64,000 bases of DNA from a virus. Taxonomy: Duplodnaviria > Caudoviricetes. Positions 18,011 through 28,235 of this stretch are shown piece after piece. The notes beneath the pieces were generated by a model. The model did no database searches. It saw only the letters and a program-made list of their open reading frames with translations, and was not told the origin of the DNA. The stretch spans positions 1-64,000 of IMG/VR virus record IMGVR_UViG_3300044477_000030, one strand, 5' to 3'. Position 1 is the first letter of the stretch. Every line of letters begins with the position of its first letter. The position numbers and the translations under genes are program-made.

Positions 18011-19237
18011 TTACAACAACTGCCTCATTTGAATACCGCCCGAGATCAAACAAGTTCCGCTGGTAGATTCCACAAACAAGCCAATAATATCGGAGTACCC
18101 GGAACAGGTGACTCCACATTGCATACTGGTTCTTGGAGAAGAAGACGCCGTGCGCAAGGACGAATCTGCATATCCGGCATCCATCACCAGTCCTTCCGCG
18201 CTTACGGTTTCGGCTCCAGTCCCCGTCCATGTCTGCACAGCCGACGATGGGAAATCGACCCAATTGGGTGTCCCAACCACAGTCGGGTTCCAGACCAACG
18301 CCCAGCGGAACTTGGTGTTGGCCGCAGAATTTATCAGGTAGATGCCAACCGGCTCAACCGCGTGCTCAGGGTATAATGGATTGATCCTGGCCAATACGAT
18401 CGGGCGCTTGACACCGACCGCAATGGAAATCTGATTCCCGTCATTGTCCACGCATCCGGTGATGCCGAAGTTGCCTTCGCCACCGTCGGCAGTCATTGAG
18501 CAACACTGCTGTCGCATTGTCGCAGATCCACCGGTGGATCTGATCTCATAGCGCAACGGGAGTGTGGCGCAACGGATGTAGGTTGTCGCATAAAGATTGG
18601 CGTGGCGTGAAACATGGGCGGTCACATATGTACCGTCCATCATGAACGACCACCGGACATTCCCGATACCGAGCCATTCGTACTCCACGGCCATCAGGAG
18701 CATTTTGCTGAAGTCAATGGTTTGACCGCTTGGCCCTGTGCCATCGAGCTTGTCGCAGTTCCATTCGCTCTGCGGAACCCTGGTGATGTTCCCACCCTTG
18801 CATTCGCACAGATACGCCACGCCGTTGTTGCATTCCAGGAACAAACCATCATAGGGCTCGTATGTGTCCCTCAAGTATCCACGGAAAGGCCCCATGCGTG
18901 CGATGACGCCGGTTGCCTTCGGGCAAATACCCGTCATGTCGGCCCGCAATGGCTTGTCCGCCTGGTAATTGAAAGAGGATCTGGTTTGGCGGATGACATA
19001 ATCGCCTGTGGTTGCAACGGCAAGATTCACACAGATGTCCGAGGACACGAATGTGGAGGTGCCGGTGCCATAGACGATTTCGTCCCAGAGCAACGCAGAT
19101 TTTCCAAGTGAAAGGTTTCCATTGAAAAGAATGCGTGGATTGGCCACACGGATACGTCCGGCCACGTCCACGAGCGATTCGTCAACGGCCACCCTCTTCG
19201 TCGGGCGGTCGGATCTCCAGTTGTTCCAGAATGCCAT
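18011..19237 (-). CDS. Putative virion structural protein (beta-rich, lectin/jelly-roll-like)
   Basis: 408 aa in the late operon; DVAGRIRVANP start resembles a recurrent phage structural family. Confidence 0.7.
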   Translation of the reverse strand: MAFWNNWRSDRPTKRVAVDESLVDVAGRIRVANPRILFNGNLSLGKSALLWDEIVYGTGTSTFVSSDICVNLAVATTGDYVIRQTRSSFNYQADKPLRADMTGICPKATGVIARMGPFRGYLRDTYEPYDGLFLECNNGVAYLCECKGGNITRVPQSEWNCDKLDGTGPSGQTIDFSKMLLMAVEYEWLGIGNVRWSFMMDGTYVTAHVSRHANLYATTYIRCATLPLRYEIRSTGGSATMRQQCCSMTADGGEGNFGITGCVDNDGNQISIAVGVKRPIVLARINPLYPEHAVEPVGIYLINSAANTKFRWALVWNPTVVGTPNWVDFPSSAVQTWTGTGAETVSAEGLVMDAGYADSSLRTASSSPRTSMQCGVTCSGYSDIIGLFVESTSGTCLISGGIQMRQLL

Positions 19238-19254
19238 CCCAGCCAACCTTGCCG

Positions 19255-19617
19255 TTAGGCGTGAACGATGTTTGCGGAAGTGATGGTTACTGTGTTACCT
19301 GAATTAATTGAAATTGTTGACAAATTGATGTCGGCTCCAGAGGTGGAGACGGTCAATCCTGTGATGACACCAGCATCGGCGGATGTGGTGATCTTGGCCT
19401 TCGCGGCGGTTCCTGTGCCGGAGGCGCTTGCGGAGAGTGGCGTGCCACCAAGGGTCAGGGTTCCATTGGAAGTGGTTCCGAATGGAGAACCGAGGGTGAT
19501 CGTCACGAGCGTGGCGTCTGCCGCAGTCATGATGACGAGTTTGCCTGCATTGCCCACGGCGTTGATCACCTGGGTCATGCGGTTGTCTTTGAGGGTGTTT
19601 GTGTACACTACGGACAT
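19255..19617 (-). CDS. Small Thr/Ala/Gly-rich virion structural protein
   Basis: YTNTLKDNRM...SGTGTAAKA...VSTSGADINL, a recurrent phage appendage protein pattern. Confidence 0.75.
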   Translation of the reverse strand: MSVVYTNTLKDNRMTQVINAVGNAGKLVIMTAADATLVTITLGSPFGTTSNGTLTLGGTPLSASASGTGTAAKAKITTSADAGVITGLTVSTSGADINLSTISINSGNTVTITSANIVHA

Positions 19618-19639
19618 TTTTCTGCTCCTGATTTAACTG

Positions 19640-20320
19640 TTAAAACCATCTTTCGCTTCCCGGTTGATTTGCCGGTTGCGAAATCAGATTGTCGTAATAT
19701 GAACCATCCCAGGCACTGAGCACCAATTGTGCCCCCGCTGGCAACATGGATTCTAGAAACTCCAACGCATTGGTCGTTTCCGATGCGGATTGATCCTTCA
19801 CACACACTTCGAGAATCAACATCGCATCGACTGTGTAATCTGGAATCAAACTCCCAAGGGCGATAAAGGCGTCATTTGGGAAGATGCTCCTGACATAAAG
19901 AAGGATCTCTTCGTTGGTGCCGGAATAAATCGTCTTCCTTCTCTTGTACAAATCCCTGCGGTAAACATGATCCACAAGGGACGTTCTCTTGAGACCGCAG
20001 AGTTCTCCAATGTCATCCAGATGCACGCCATATGCAGTTTCCAGATTTTGAGCCATCCGCACTCTCATCGCTTCGTCTTCCAGAGCGTCCTTGCCATCCA
20101 ATGAAATCTGTATAATTTTCTTCAGCGTATCGGAATTCTTATACTGCTCCAGAATCAATGGGATGTTTCTGGAATAGGAACTCTGGGTTCTGTACGGCGC
20201 TCCCAAATACACATCGGAGGCGGACATGTCGTCGGACGCCTCAGTGAGATCCATCGTCCCATTGACGATTATGGTCTCAGAGGTGGCGGCCGCAAGCAAG
20301 GGGGAATAATAGAAGGACAT
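19640..20320 (-). CDS. Chimeric protein: one acidic repeat unit fused to a DUF2612-like baseplate domain
   Basis: GTMDLTEASDDMSAS matches the 11733-13172 repeat; EQYKNS..L.KI..I...GKD.LE matches 22796-23335. Confidence 0.75.
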   Translation of the reverse strand: MSFYYSPLLAAATSETIIVNGTMDLTEASDDMSASDVYLGAPYRTQSSYSRNIPLILEQYKNSDTLKKIIQISLDGKDALEDEAMRVRMAQNLETAYGVHLDDIGELCGLKRTSLVDHVYRRDLYKRRKTIYSGTNEEILLYVRSIFPNDAFIALGSLIPDYTVDAMLILEVCVKDQSASETTNALEFLESMLPAGAQLVLSAWDGSYYDNLISQPANQPGSERWF

Positions 20321-20610
20321 TATTTACCCTTGTCCTTCTGACCGTCGATCCATCCTTTGATGTAGGCCATATTTTCGTTCGCATGGGCCATCTTCTCGGA
20401 CAGGTCGGAGGTCACAGCGGTCAGATTCCGAAGTTGGATGGACATCTGCTTCAGATCCATTTCCTTCGGGCACTGTTTCGCACACTCTTCCGTCTTGGCC
20501 GGAATGAGGGCATCCACCTTTTTGTAGATCTTCTTCACATACATATACACCGAAAGGACTGCCGTTATGACAGCCCCTACAATGGCGGCTATGGATGTGA
20601 TTAAATCCAT
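20320..20610 (-). CDS. Single-TM coiled-coil protein, holin candidate
   Basis: N-terminal TM ITSIAAIVGAVITAVLSVYMYV, then basic residues and coiled coil. Confidence 0.55.
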   Translation of the reverse strand: MDLITSIAAIVGAVITAVLSVYMYVKKIYKKVDALIPAKTEECAKQCPKEMDLKQMSIQLRNLTAVTSDLSEKMAHANENMAYIKGWIDGQKDKGK

Positions 20611-20611
20611 C

Positions 20612-21049
20612 TTAGATGTTCACCAGCTCCCCCATTGCCTTGATGACCGAGGCTGGGATCTTGAGGTTTTTGATCTCGTCGTAATTCAAAGGCACAACAT
20701 CGAACTCAACTTCCGACTCCAGGTGCTTCGCCATTTCTTCCGCAGCTTTAGCCATTTTCACCAGGGTTTCGTCCACGGGCTCCTTCTTGCCTGCTTCTCT
20801 CCATAGAATATCTGCCACAGCTTCGCTGGAACGCCCATCGAGCCACTTTCTGAGATTCTCATTCACACCACGCATGGATTTGGAGAAGGTCTTCTGCATC
20901 TGCCGGAAGGTCGCCAGAATTTCGGACAGTTTCTTGTCGATCGCAATGCACTTCTTGACGTTCTCTGCATCGATGATGTGATCCATGGCAGCATTCAAAG
21001 CCCCCTGGATTTGAGCAACTTGATCAATTTGAAGTTTCAATTTAGCCAT
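20612..21049 (-). CDS. Hypothetical protein (possible tail fibre chaperone)
   Basis: Helical 145 aa ORF after the tail fibre; promoter motif at 21082-21091. Confidence 0.6.
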   Translation of the reverse strand: MAKLKLQIDQVAQIQGALNAAMDHIIDAENVKKCIAIDKKLSEILATFRQMQKTFSKSMRGVNENLRKWLDGRSSEAVADILWREAGKKEPVDETLVKMAKAAEEMAKHLESEVEFDVVPLNYDEIKNLKIPASVIKAMGELVNI

Positions 21050-21095
21050 TTCACTCTCTTGGTTTGGTTAAGGATATTGCTATTATACAAAAATT

Positions 21096-22799
21096 CTAGG
21101 AGAAAAAGCCGTATCCTGTCAAATCCGCCTGCATCGCCATCACTCTCTGGGCAAGCTGCTCGGTTGTGATGGTTGCCGTGTCCCAGATAGCTCCTCTGTT
21201 CGCTGCTCCGGTCATTGCAGCATAAGTGGTAGGCCTAGCGTATGCACTTGTACCAAAAATACCAAACGCCGAAGCTGTGAGAGTTACATTGCTTGATCCC
21301 CCGATTCCTAAATGGATCGATGAATCCCCATCGTCAAGAAGTATGTACGCAGGAGTGGAGGAGCCGCCTTCCAGCTTCAGAGAAGTATTGGCCCTTATAA
21401 TCGTATCATCCAGGACGTGAACAGTCTCGGCTGTGGCAGAGGACGGATCTAACATCAACCCGTCAACCAGCGTGGAGCCAAAAGATACTTTGAGAGCGAG
21501 GGAGGCATCACCATCCGCAGTCAACCGGGCCACTGCGATTCTTGCTTGTTCAATCTCTGTTGCGCTGGAATCCTTCATCATGAAGGAGATGTGCGATCCG
21601 AAACCAGCACCGGAAGCGCCGGACGAATAATGGCGAACATTCAAGCCGCAAAGGGAATTGGTTGTCCCGGAATCGCTTTGTTCCGAGAAAAGTGCTCCGG
21701 CGACAAACGGAAGATATCCAGATGTAGGGCCGTCAGCTCGAACATAGCCGTCGTTGGTGAAAGTCAGGAAACCGATAGTGGCGTCGGCACCCCATCCGTT
21801 ATTCTGGACAAATTTAACTCTCGGATTCATCCCTGTGGGGCCAACATTATTGTACGTCGCCGTGAGAGTTAGAACTGTTTGATTCACGGTCTCGGAGTAA
21901 GCTTCAAAAGAATGTTCCGCGTTACCGATAGCCGTGAGCACTCCGTTTACCGTAAGTGCTCTGTTGATTGTTGCCGTTGTGCTAGACAAGCTCAGGGCAG
22001 TTGATCTGCTCGTGCCACCGTCCGTCGTCAGAAAACTAAGAGCGCAACCGGCCTTCTCAGCCGTGCCAATAGCAACATTGCCATCTGCGCCCACATCAAT
22101 CGCACCATAATCGGATTCAGTACCGGCGTCGTTATAGACACCCACCACATAGAATCGGTTGGCTCTAAACTTCGACGTCACAACTCCAAGAGAAGATCCT
22201 GTTCCGTTGTCAACTTCAAGCCATGGGAACAGAGCACCTGAATCGTTTCCACGCCAGATGTTCTCTGCCATCTTGGTTGGAGAATTACTTTCATCCCAGT
22301 TCCCGGTTCCGCTCACTGTAGTCTTGTATTGAGCACGAAGGGATTGTGATGCCGAGTCGTCATTGGCCATTGTCTGAATATCGGACAACGTGGTGGATGC
22401 TCCGATGGTCGCAGAGACCTCATCGCCCAGCTTCAATGCGTTCTTGACTTTCAGATCAAGAGCCCAGGTCGCGGTGCCGTCAACCTTGAACCTGAGTACA
22501 GAATTGGTGGTTGCTGTGATCAATGTGCCAGCAGAGAGGCTCAGGTCAAGACCAACCGCAGTGGTTGCAGCAGAGGTTCCCTTGAATAGGGTTCCGCTTG
22601 TGCCACCGGTCAGGGCAGCTTCATAGAAGATTCCGCTCGTGGCGGAGTTCTTGATCGGCAGACTCAAATTGGCAAACAAATCGGCTAGCGTAACTTTGCG
22701 GTCACGATTGGCATCAACACCCTGAATCAAATAGATCCAATCGGTAGCTCCGGTATAAGACGGAGTGGCATCTGGCATCAAAAGAACGGTTGTGGTCAT
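21096..22799 (-). CDS. Tail fibre protein
   Basis: Follows the baseplate wedge genes; N-terminal D.IYLIQG...RKVTLADL anchor pattern; Gly/Ser/Thr-rich beta repeats. Confidence 0.75.
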   Translation of the reverse strand: MTTTVLLMPDATPSYTGATDWIYLIQGVDANRDRKVTLADLFANLSLPIKNSATSGIFYEAALTGGTSGTLFKGTSAATTAVGLDLSLSAGTLITATTNSVLRFKVDGTATWALDLKVKNALKLGDEVSATIGASTTLSDIQTMANDDSASQSLRAQYKTTVSGTGNWDESNSPTKMAENIWRGNDSGALFPWLEVDNGTGSSLGVVTSKFRANRFYVVGVYNDAGTESDYGAIDVGADGNVAIGTAEKAGCALSFLTTDGGTSRSTALSLSSTTATINRALTVNGVLTAIGNAEHSFEAYSETVNQTVLTLTATYNNVGPTGMNPRVKFVQNNGWGADATIGFLTFTNDGYVRADGPTSGYLPFVAGALFSEQSDSGTTNSLCGLNVRHYSSGASGAGFGSHISFMMKDSSATEIEQARIAVARLTADGDASLALKVSFGSTLVDGLMLDPSSATAETVHVLDDTIIRANTSLKLEGGSSTPAYILLDDGDSSIHLGIGGSSNVTLTASAFGIFGTSAYARPTTYAAMTGAANRGAIWDTATITTEQLAQRVMAMQADLTGYGFFS

Positions 22800-23335
22800 G
22801 GGGCAACCTTCCGCACCGCGATCTTGCCACCGGAGTAGGTGGTGATCGGAGTGCCGTCATAGGTACACAGGTAGTCACCGGAAATCCCCTGCACACCGGC
22901 TGGGGACACCGAATCGAGATAGTTCTGGGAGAGAGCGCTGGTCTCTCCGATGAGAATCACAAAGAACGTGGCTTCAACTTCCTGGAGATATTCCACGGAG
23001 GTTGCGCCAAAAGCACGTTTCAGGAGCGTGATCAGATCCTGTGGAGTGGCGGTCGAAGTCTGCAATGCAGTCGCCATGATCTCCGTGCGATAATCTTCGT
23101 CGTTTCTCAGCTTACGATGGCAATTGAATAATTCGCCGACGTAATCGAGCTGCTCTCCCACCGCTGTGGCCATGGTGAATGCGCCGCGAATAGCGAATGC
23201 TTTGGCTTCCAGATCATCCTTTCCGGCAGCAGAAATCTCCACAATCTTGCGCAGATTGACACTGTTCTTGTATTGCTCAATAAACAGCGACTTGAGCGCT
23301 TCAGCGGAGGGAGCTAGTTGGACAGGATCAGACAT
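22796..23335 (-). CDS. Baseplate wedge protein, DUF2612-like
   Basis: EQYKNS, AVGEQLDYVG, DEDYRT motifs; directly after baseplate J. Confidence 0.8.
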   Translation of the reverse strand: MSDPVQLAPSAEALKSLFIEQYKNSVNLRKIVEISAAGKDDLEAKAFAIRGAFTMATAVGEQLDYVGELFNCHRKLRNDEDYRTEIMATALQTSTATPQDLITLLKRAFGATSVEYLQEVEATFFVILIGETSALSQNYLDSVSPAGVQGISGDYLCTYDGTPITTYSGGKIAVRKVAP

Positions 23336-25088
23336 GAGTTACCGTAATCCTGGAGACATCGAAGGAAAGGAAATGATTCGCGAGAGTATCCAGAACCGTA
23401 GTCACATAATCACCTGGATATGTGGGAGCCGGAGTTGTGGCGTCCGTGACCGCAGCATAAATAAGTGCGTTCTGAATACCAGGAACGGTGTAGATTGGAG
23501 TGCAAAGACGTTGAGGGATAAGATCTTTTCCTGGAGTAAAGTTGACCAGCGACCATTCAACGATTGCGGCCTTAATTTGTTCATCACCGTCTTCAGGAAA
23601 GATTTCTTCATCATAGAGACTGATGTTAATATGCAGCCAGACATAATCTGTGTCTGGACGGCTGAACTTGATCTCGTGTTGATAGCCTTCAGAATCAACG
23701 ACATAGGTTCCAGTGACGGTTCCGTAAATGGTGATGCCCGCTGGAGCAGCGTACCAGATCGCATCAGCAATATCCTGTTCATCTCCGCCTTCCGCAATAA
23801 CCTGAAGAGAGTGGGGTGGCATGGAATCCACAGTTCCGCTTGTACGATTGGACACTACGATGCAGGAGATCACACCATTTACTGTGTTCAGGATATGCTG
23901 GCGGATTGCGTCTTCGGTGGCTTTGCCCACGGCATAGAACTGCGCACGGCGAAGACGGAATTCGGCATCCGTTTCAGCTTCGCGACCCGTGGCTCCGGCT
24001 GCGGGATTCTCCACCTCTGACCAACCGGACACGGGGGTTGTGATTGTATCGAGCGAGAACGCAGGAACAGGGAAGGAACCGTACTCGGTGCAGTTGAATG
24101 TACCGGCGGACGCATACATAGAATCGGTGAGGTTCGTGATCGAGGCCAATGTGAAATTCGACCCGATGTTGTAAACACGGATCTTGTCATCGCCTTCCAC
24201 ATAATAAGCTTCGTCAATGTCCTCGGAGGAGATCTTGGCATCCAGCGCAGCAGAGATCCCGGCGACCACATCTTCCATGCCCATAGGAGCATAGGTATAA
24301 TTGGCAACCGCTGGGGTTCCCGATCCTGTGACAACCGCCGTGATCGAACTGATTGTGGTTGCACCAGTGAGCGTGATCGTGAGATCGTTGCCAGAAACAG
24401 AATAAGAACAGTTGTAGCCCAATGCGGTCATCGTGGTGTCGATCTTGGCTCCCCACAATGCCATCGTGTTCGCATGGGATGTGGTATAAGCGACACCTGG
24501 GATGTTGGTTCCATTTACCACGGAAGTAACGGTCTGGCCACTTGCAATAGGGCCGGAAAGATGGAATGTGGCGCTATGGGTTGCAGGATATGCGTAGGAG
24601 ATCGTTTGTCCATCGAGAACAAACGAATAGGTCTTTGTGGTCGTCGGAGTGGCGATGGTGAATTCCACACCGCGAGGAGAAGAGGAGCTGATTATGACTT
24701 CGGAGGAAAGAGCGAAGGTCTTCTGCGCTGTGGACTGCGATGCCTGGGAGTTGACCGGAATGACCGTGGAGGGAACTCCCCAGAGCAAGGTGTCTGGAGC
24801 CTGGGATTTGGCTCGGTCAATTCGGGTCAATCCAACTTCGGAATACAAATCGTCCTGTGCCGCGCCGGACACCTGGTTTGGATTGCGGGTCGTGTAGTTG
24901 TCCTCAAGAAGATTCCAGAAATCAAGACGTGCGTTGGCTTCGATGCCAATGATCTGTCCAAAAGGACTCTCATGGGAAACGTCAATGTCCGCACCGAATG
25001 CGGTGCGGTATTCCTGTCGAACCTCTTCAAGAAGAACTTCGATCGTCTTCTTGACAAAACCATTGGGAGTCACACCATAAGCAGTCAT
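23328..25088 (-). CDS. Baseplate J-like wedge protein with large insertion
   Basis: YGVTPNGFVKK start, GREAETDAEFRLRR, AAPAGI; 586 aa with extra beta domains at about aa 135-320. Confidence 0.9.
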   Translation of the reverse strand: MTAYGVTPNGFVKKTIEVLLEEVRQEYRTAFGADIDVSHESPFGQIIGIEANARLDFWNLLEDNYTTRNPNQVSGAAQDDLYSEVGLTRIDRAKSQAPDTLLWGVPSTVIPVNSQASQSTAQKTFALSSEVIISSSSPRGVEFTIATPTTTKTYSFVLDGQTISYAYPATHSATFHLSGPIASGQTVTSVVNGTNIPGVAYTTSHANTMALWGAKIDTTMTALGYNCSYSVSGNDLTITLTGATTISSITAVVTGSGTPAVANYTYAPMGMEDVVAGISAALDAKISSEDIDEAYYVEGDDKIRVYNIGSNFTLASITNLTDSMYASAGTFNCTEYGSFPVPAFSLDTITTPVSGWSEVENPAAGATGREAETDAEFRLRRAQFYAVGKATEDAIRQHILNTVNGVISCIVVSNRTSGTVDSMPPHSLQVIAEGGDEQDIADAIWYAAPAGITIYGTVTGTYVVDSEGYQHEIKFSRPDTDYVWLHINISLYDEEIFPEDGDEQIKAAIVEWSLVNFTPGKDLIPQRLCTPIYTVPGIQNALIYAAVTDATTPAPTYPGDYVTTVLDTLANHFLSFDVSRITVTHV

Positions 25089-25444
25089 TGCACAACCACA
25101 CCATTGATCGTCTCGTTGTAGGCATACACAGAAAACTGGATGCGGAGCGAGCCGGTAGAAGGATCTGGGACATCAACCAGCAGACTGCGCACTTCGCGCA
25201 CGCCTGCGGTAGAGGAAATAATGTTCAATGCCATCGCATGAATCGTATCGAGATCGGGATTTTTCACGAGAACCTGACCGAAGTAATCGAAACCGATGGT
25301 CACATCCAAAAACCATTCACCAAGAAAGGTCTGGAGCCTTTCCTTGATGTGCTGGGCAACCTGGTCTGCACCGGATACAATCTGAAGTTGGTAGTTGGAA
25401 ATCTCCAAATCCCAGCTTCCGTTCAGTTTAAGTTGCTTCGCCAT
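25085..25444 (-). CDS. Baseplate wedge/sheath initiator (gp25/W-like)
   Basis: QHIKERLQTFLGEWFLD...GFDY motif; probably leaderless. Confidence 0.8.
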   Translation of the reverse strand: MAKQLKLNGSWDLEISNYQLQIVSGADQVAQHIKERLQTFLGEWFLDVTIGFDYFGQVLVKNPDLDTIHAMALNIISSTAGVREVRSLLVDVPDPSTGSLRIQFSVYAYNETINGVVVQ

Positions 25445-25469
25445 ATACAGTATAATACAAAAATTTGGG

Positions 25470-26156
25470 CTATTTGAGGAAGTTTTTTAGCATTCCCTTG
25501 TTGTTTTCAGCCATCAGGGATCCCTGGACTGCGAAAGCCGTGGATGCCGGATCTGGAGCGCAAGGAGAACCAGGAGAAGCTGAAATTGGCGCCAATTTTT
25601 GAATAATGTCATTCAAAGCCTTGATCGCATCCCACATCTTCTGCATTTCAAGCAAAAGAGAGGTGTTTGCATTGTGCATCGAAATTCTACCATCTTTGGA
25701 CACCGTAACGGCCCCAGCCCCGATCAAACCGAACCAAGCATCGGTTTCTTCATAATTATGGGGAACCGGGCCTGTTCCGGGAGCCCATAGACAGGGTATG
25801 CACATTGCATCATGCAGGGTGAACCGGCTCCCGTCCTCGGCCTCCATGTGGGCGCCCTTGCCATTGATCCAGTTGCCGATCGCGACCTCGGAAACAATAA
25901 CCAGAACTCCGTCCCCTTTCTTCAGAGGAAAGAGCATTCCCCCATCGACGGAGCAGGGAAAGACCACCGGAACATTGGCAATGGGCTTGGATTCCAGCAA
26001 AACCCCATTAGACATTCTCATGTCAACCATCGGAGTAACCGTGGCCAGTTTGTTCCGGTGGCCGGAATAACTTTCTACAACTGCGGGAAAAGCCGTATGA
26101 ACTTCATCCATACGGGCATCAAAGTGCATATCCATCGCTTCAAGAAGATCGGGCAT
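25470..26156 (-). CDS. Baseplate spike protein (Gp138-like)
   Basis: VHTAFPAVV..Y, VPVVFP, PLKKGD, RFTLHDAMCIP. Confidence 0.85.
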   Translation of the reverse strand: MPDLLEAMDMHFDARMDEVHTAFPAVVESYSGHRNKLATVTPMVDMRMSNGVLLESKPIANVPVVFPCSVDGGMLFPLKKGDGVLVIVSEVAIGNWINGKGAHMEAEDGSRFTLHDAMCIPCLWAPGTGPVPHNYEETDAWFGLIGAGAVTVSKDGRISMHNANTSLLLEMQKMWDAIKALNDIIQKLAPISASPGSPCAPDPASTAFAVQGSLMAENNKGMLKNFLK

Positions 26157-26164
26157 GAGTGTAC

Positions 26165-27154
26165 CTACGCGATTTGAGTTTCGTCGGTGCCGGTGCGGAT
26201 GTCGTCGGTTTGAACTTCACCACCATGGTATCCGGCAGTCCCTTCCATATTGAACTCGCCTTCTCCATTGTCGCCAAAGAAACGCACGGTCTCGACGACT
26301 GCGGTTCCCATGAATTCCTCGGACGAGATGGTGAGAACGGAATTTGGGAGAACCTGGGGGTGGAAGATGCAACCAAATTCCACAAATCCTTTAGGAGCCG
26401 CGATCTCGATCTTTTTGAGATCTATCTGCGGAGGTTGACCTTTCTTCCCTTTGGTATATGGCAATTTCTGAATGTAGGTCTCCATAGGACGGCAATAGAG
26501 CAATCCGCTGTCGTAGCCAAGGATCGCGCTTCGGCTGATCCCATTCCCATTGAAGTCCAGAATGATGAAGTCTGTGTTTTCCACATGAAAGGTCATCTGG
26601 TTGGCCAGGAGAACTTGTTCAATAAATCGCAGAGCCCCACGCATACGCCCGACGTAGTGAAAACCATTTGGAAGGACGATCTTATCACTAAGCGCATCGC
26701 CGATGAGATTGAATCCCAACTGCGCAACAATGTCTTTAATCACTCTGTTCAATGGGATGGTCGATCCGGTTTCGAGATCTGGAGAGTATCCAAGGGACAC
26801 CCATGTCTGTTCGAGAGTTTTGTTTGGAGCCCGGCAAGTTGCAGCTTGGATGTTGAGAATGGAATCCCCTTCCTTGTTCTTGGAGCTTTTCATCTCTGTG
26901 ATGACTCCGACGAACATTGTGGTGAGAACCCCGTTCATTTGATCTTCCCAACCAGCAGAAAACTGTACGGAAGATCCACGCTTGAAGAATAGATCTCTTG
27001 TAGTGGGATTCATACCGGCAATATTAAATTCTGCTGTATTGTCGATAAATTTGTTCGATCTCTGTATAGAAAATCCGAAATCGAGGCCACCCACCTCGAT
27101 TCCGCTTCCGTCGTTTGGAGAAATGATCAAAGATGTGAGTTTACCGAAGGCCAT
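26165..27154 (-). CDS. Baseplate hub protein
   Basis: NTAEFNIAGM, FSAGWE, F.G.I pattern; position between Dit-like and spike genes. Confidence 0.8.
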   Translation of the reverse strand: MAFGKLTSLIISPNDGSGIEVGGLDFGFSIQRSNKFIDNTAEFNIAGMNPTTRDLFFKRGSSVQFSAGWEDQMNGVLTTMFVGVITEMKSSKNKEGDSILNIQAATCRAPNKTLEQTWVSLGYSPDLETGSTIPLNRVIKDIVAQLGFNLIGDALSDKIVLPNGFHYVGRMRGALRFIEQVLLANQMTFHVENTDFIILDFNGNGISRSAILGYDSGLLYCRPMETYIQKLPYTKGKKGQPPQIDLKKIEIAAPKGFVEFGCIFHPQVLPNSVLTISSEEFMGTAVVETVRFFGDNGEGEFNMEGTAGYHGGEVQTDDIRTGTDETQIA

Positions 27155-27494
27155 AGGCCGTCTCCCATTCGATAATTTCGTCATCCGTCAGCCAGCAAAG
27201 AACCCAATCGACATTCCAGTTGTCATAGGTGATCTCGCCCGATGCATTTGGCGATGTTGCCAAGACAACCAGATCACCAGAAAGATTGCTGAATGCGCGA
27301 TGAGATTGAAGCAGACGACACATGGAAACTACTTTGATGCCACTTATAGCTCCGCCTTGGGAATCAGTGACCGACATGAACCAATGATTCACTCGGACAT
27401 TCCAGGTGAGCCTGATCTTGGCTGCGATGCCTCCAATATCAACTTCGTAGTTGAAGTCGGAAGATTGATCATGAAAAGAAGGAAGAGTAATCAT
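27141..27494 (-). CDS. Baseplate adaptor/plug protein
   Basis: IRLTWNVRVNHWFMSV pattern and synteny. Confidence 0.7.
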   Translation of the reverse strand: MITLPSFHDQSSDFNYEVDIGGIAAKIRLTWNVRVNHWFMSVTDSQGGAISGIKVVSMCRLLQSHRAFSNLSGDLVVLATSPNASGEITYDNWNVDWVLCWLTDDEIIEWETAYGLR

Positions 27495-28228
27495 CTTGGC
27501 ACCTTCACATAAGTTGCATCAGCCGGAACAGTGTTGTACTTTGGCATCTCCACCGGAGCCATCATCTTGCTTTGTGCGTTGGGAGGATCTGCTGGCACAA
27601 CTGGAGTTTTTGCCTTTGTTGATTGCTTGTTCTTCGAGAGATTGGTCTGCGTTTGCTTCGCTGTGTCATCAGTGTTCAACTGCTTGGGATTGATCGGAAC
27701 TTCTTTGGTTTGGAGCAAAACGATCTTCAATTTTTGGAAAGTCAGGACAAACTCCTGCGCCTCTCCGTTTCTTCCTGTTCTTGTCACGTCGATATTCGAG
27801 ATGTAACAATCAGTGAAGGTTCCGAGTGAAGTAACCAGACTGCACGCCTTTTTGTTCTCGTGTATATACACCAGATTTCGGTAAGCAATTACTGCGCGAT
27901 TCTTTCCCTTGTCGTTATAGCCTTCGTATTTGTTCACATCCGGCGTGAATGTAGTCAGGAAGTTTCCAGAATTCACAGACCAGTTGGAGACGAACGCACG
28001 CAATGTTCCCGTTCTCAATTTGGTCTTGATGTTGGTCGTGATGTCGGAACCAAACTCGACCGAATGCTGGGACACGGTGGCTTCATGCTTGATGTTTTCT
28101 TCAAGAAAAAGATCAATGGCCACCGATGCCTGGCGACCATTGCTGTCGAGATAAAGAATCTGGGCTCCGCCCTTTCTTTTGAAAAGAGATTCGCCCGCAA
28201 GAATAGAATTTTCAGAAATCAAAGCCAT
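27491..28228 (-). CDS. Dit-like tail tube initiator protein
   Basis: EATVSQHSVEFGSDIT motif directly after the tape measure gene. Confidence 0.75.
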   Translation of the reverse strand: MALISENSILAGESLFKRKGGAQILYLDSNGRQASVAIDLFLEENIKHEATVSQHSVEFGSDITTNIKTKLRTGTLRAFVSNWSVNSGNFLTTFTPDVNKYEGYNDKGKNRAVIAYRNLVYIHENKKACSLVTSLGTFTDCYISNIDVTRTGRNGEAQEFVLTFQKLKIVLLQTKEVPINPKQLNTDDTAKQTQTNLSKNKQSTKAKTPVVPADPPNAQSKMMAPVEMPKYNTVPADATYVKVPR

Positions 28229-28235
28229 GCTGTTC

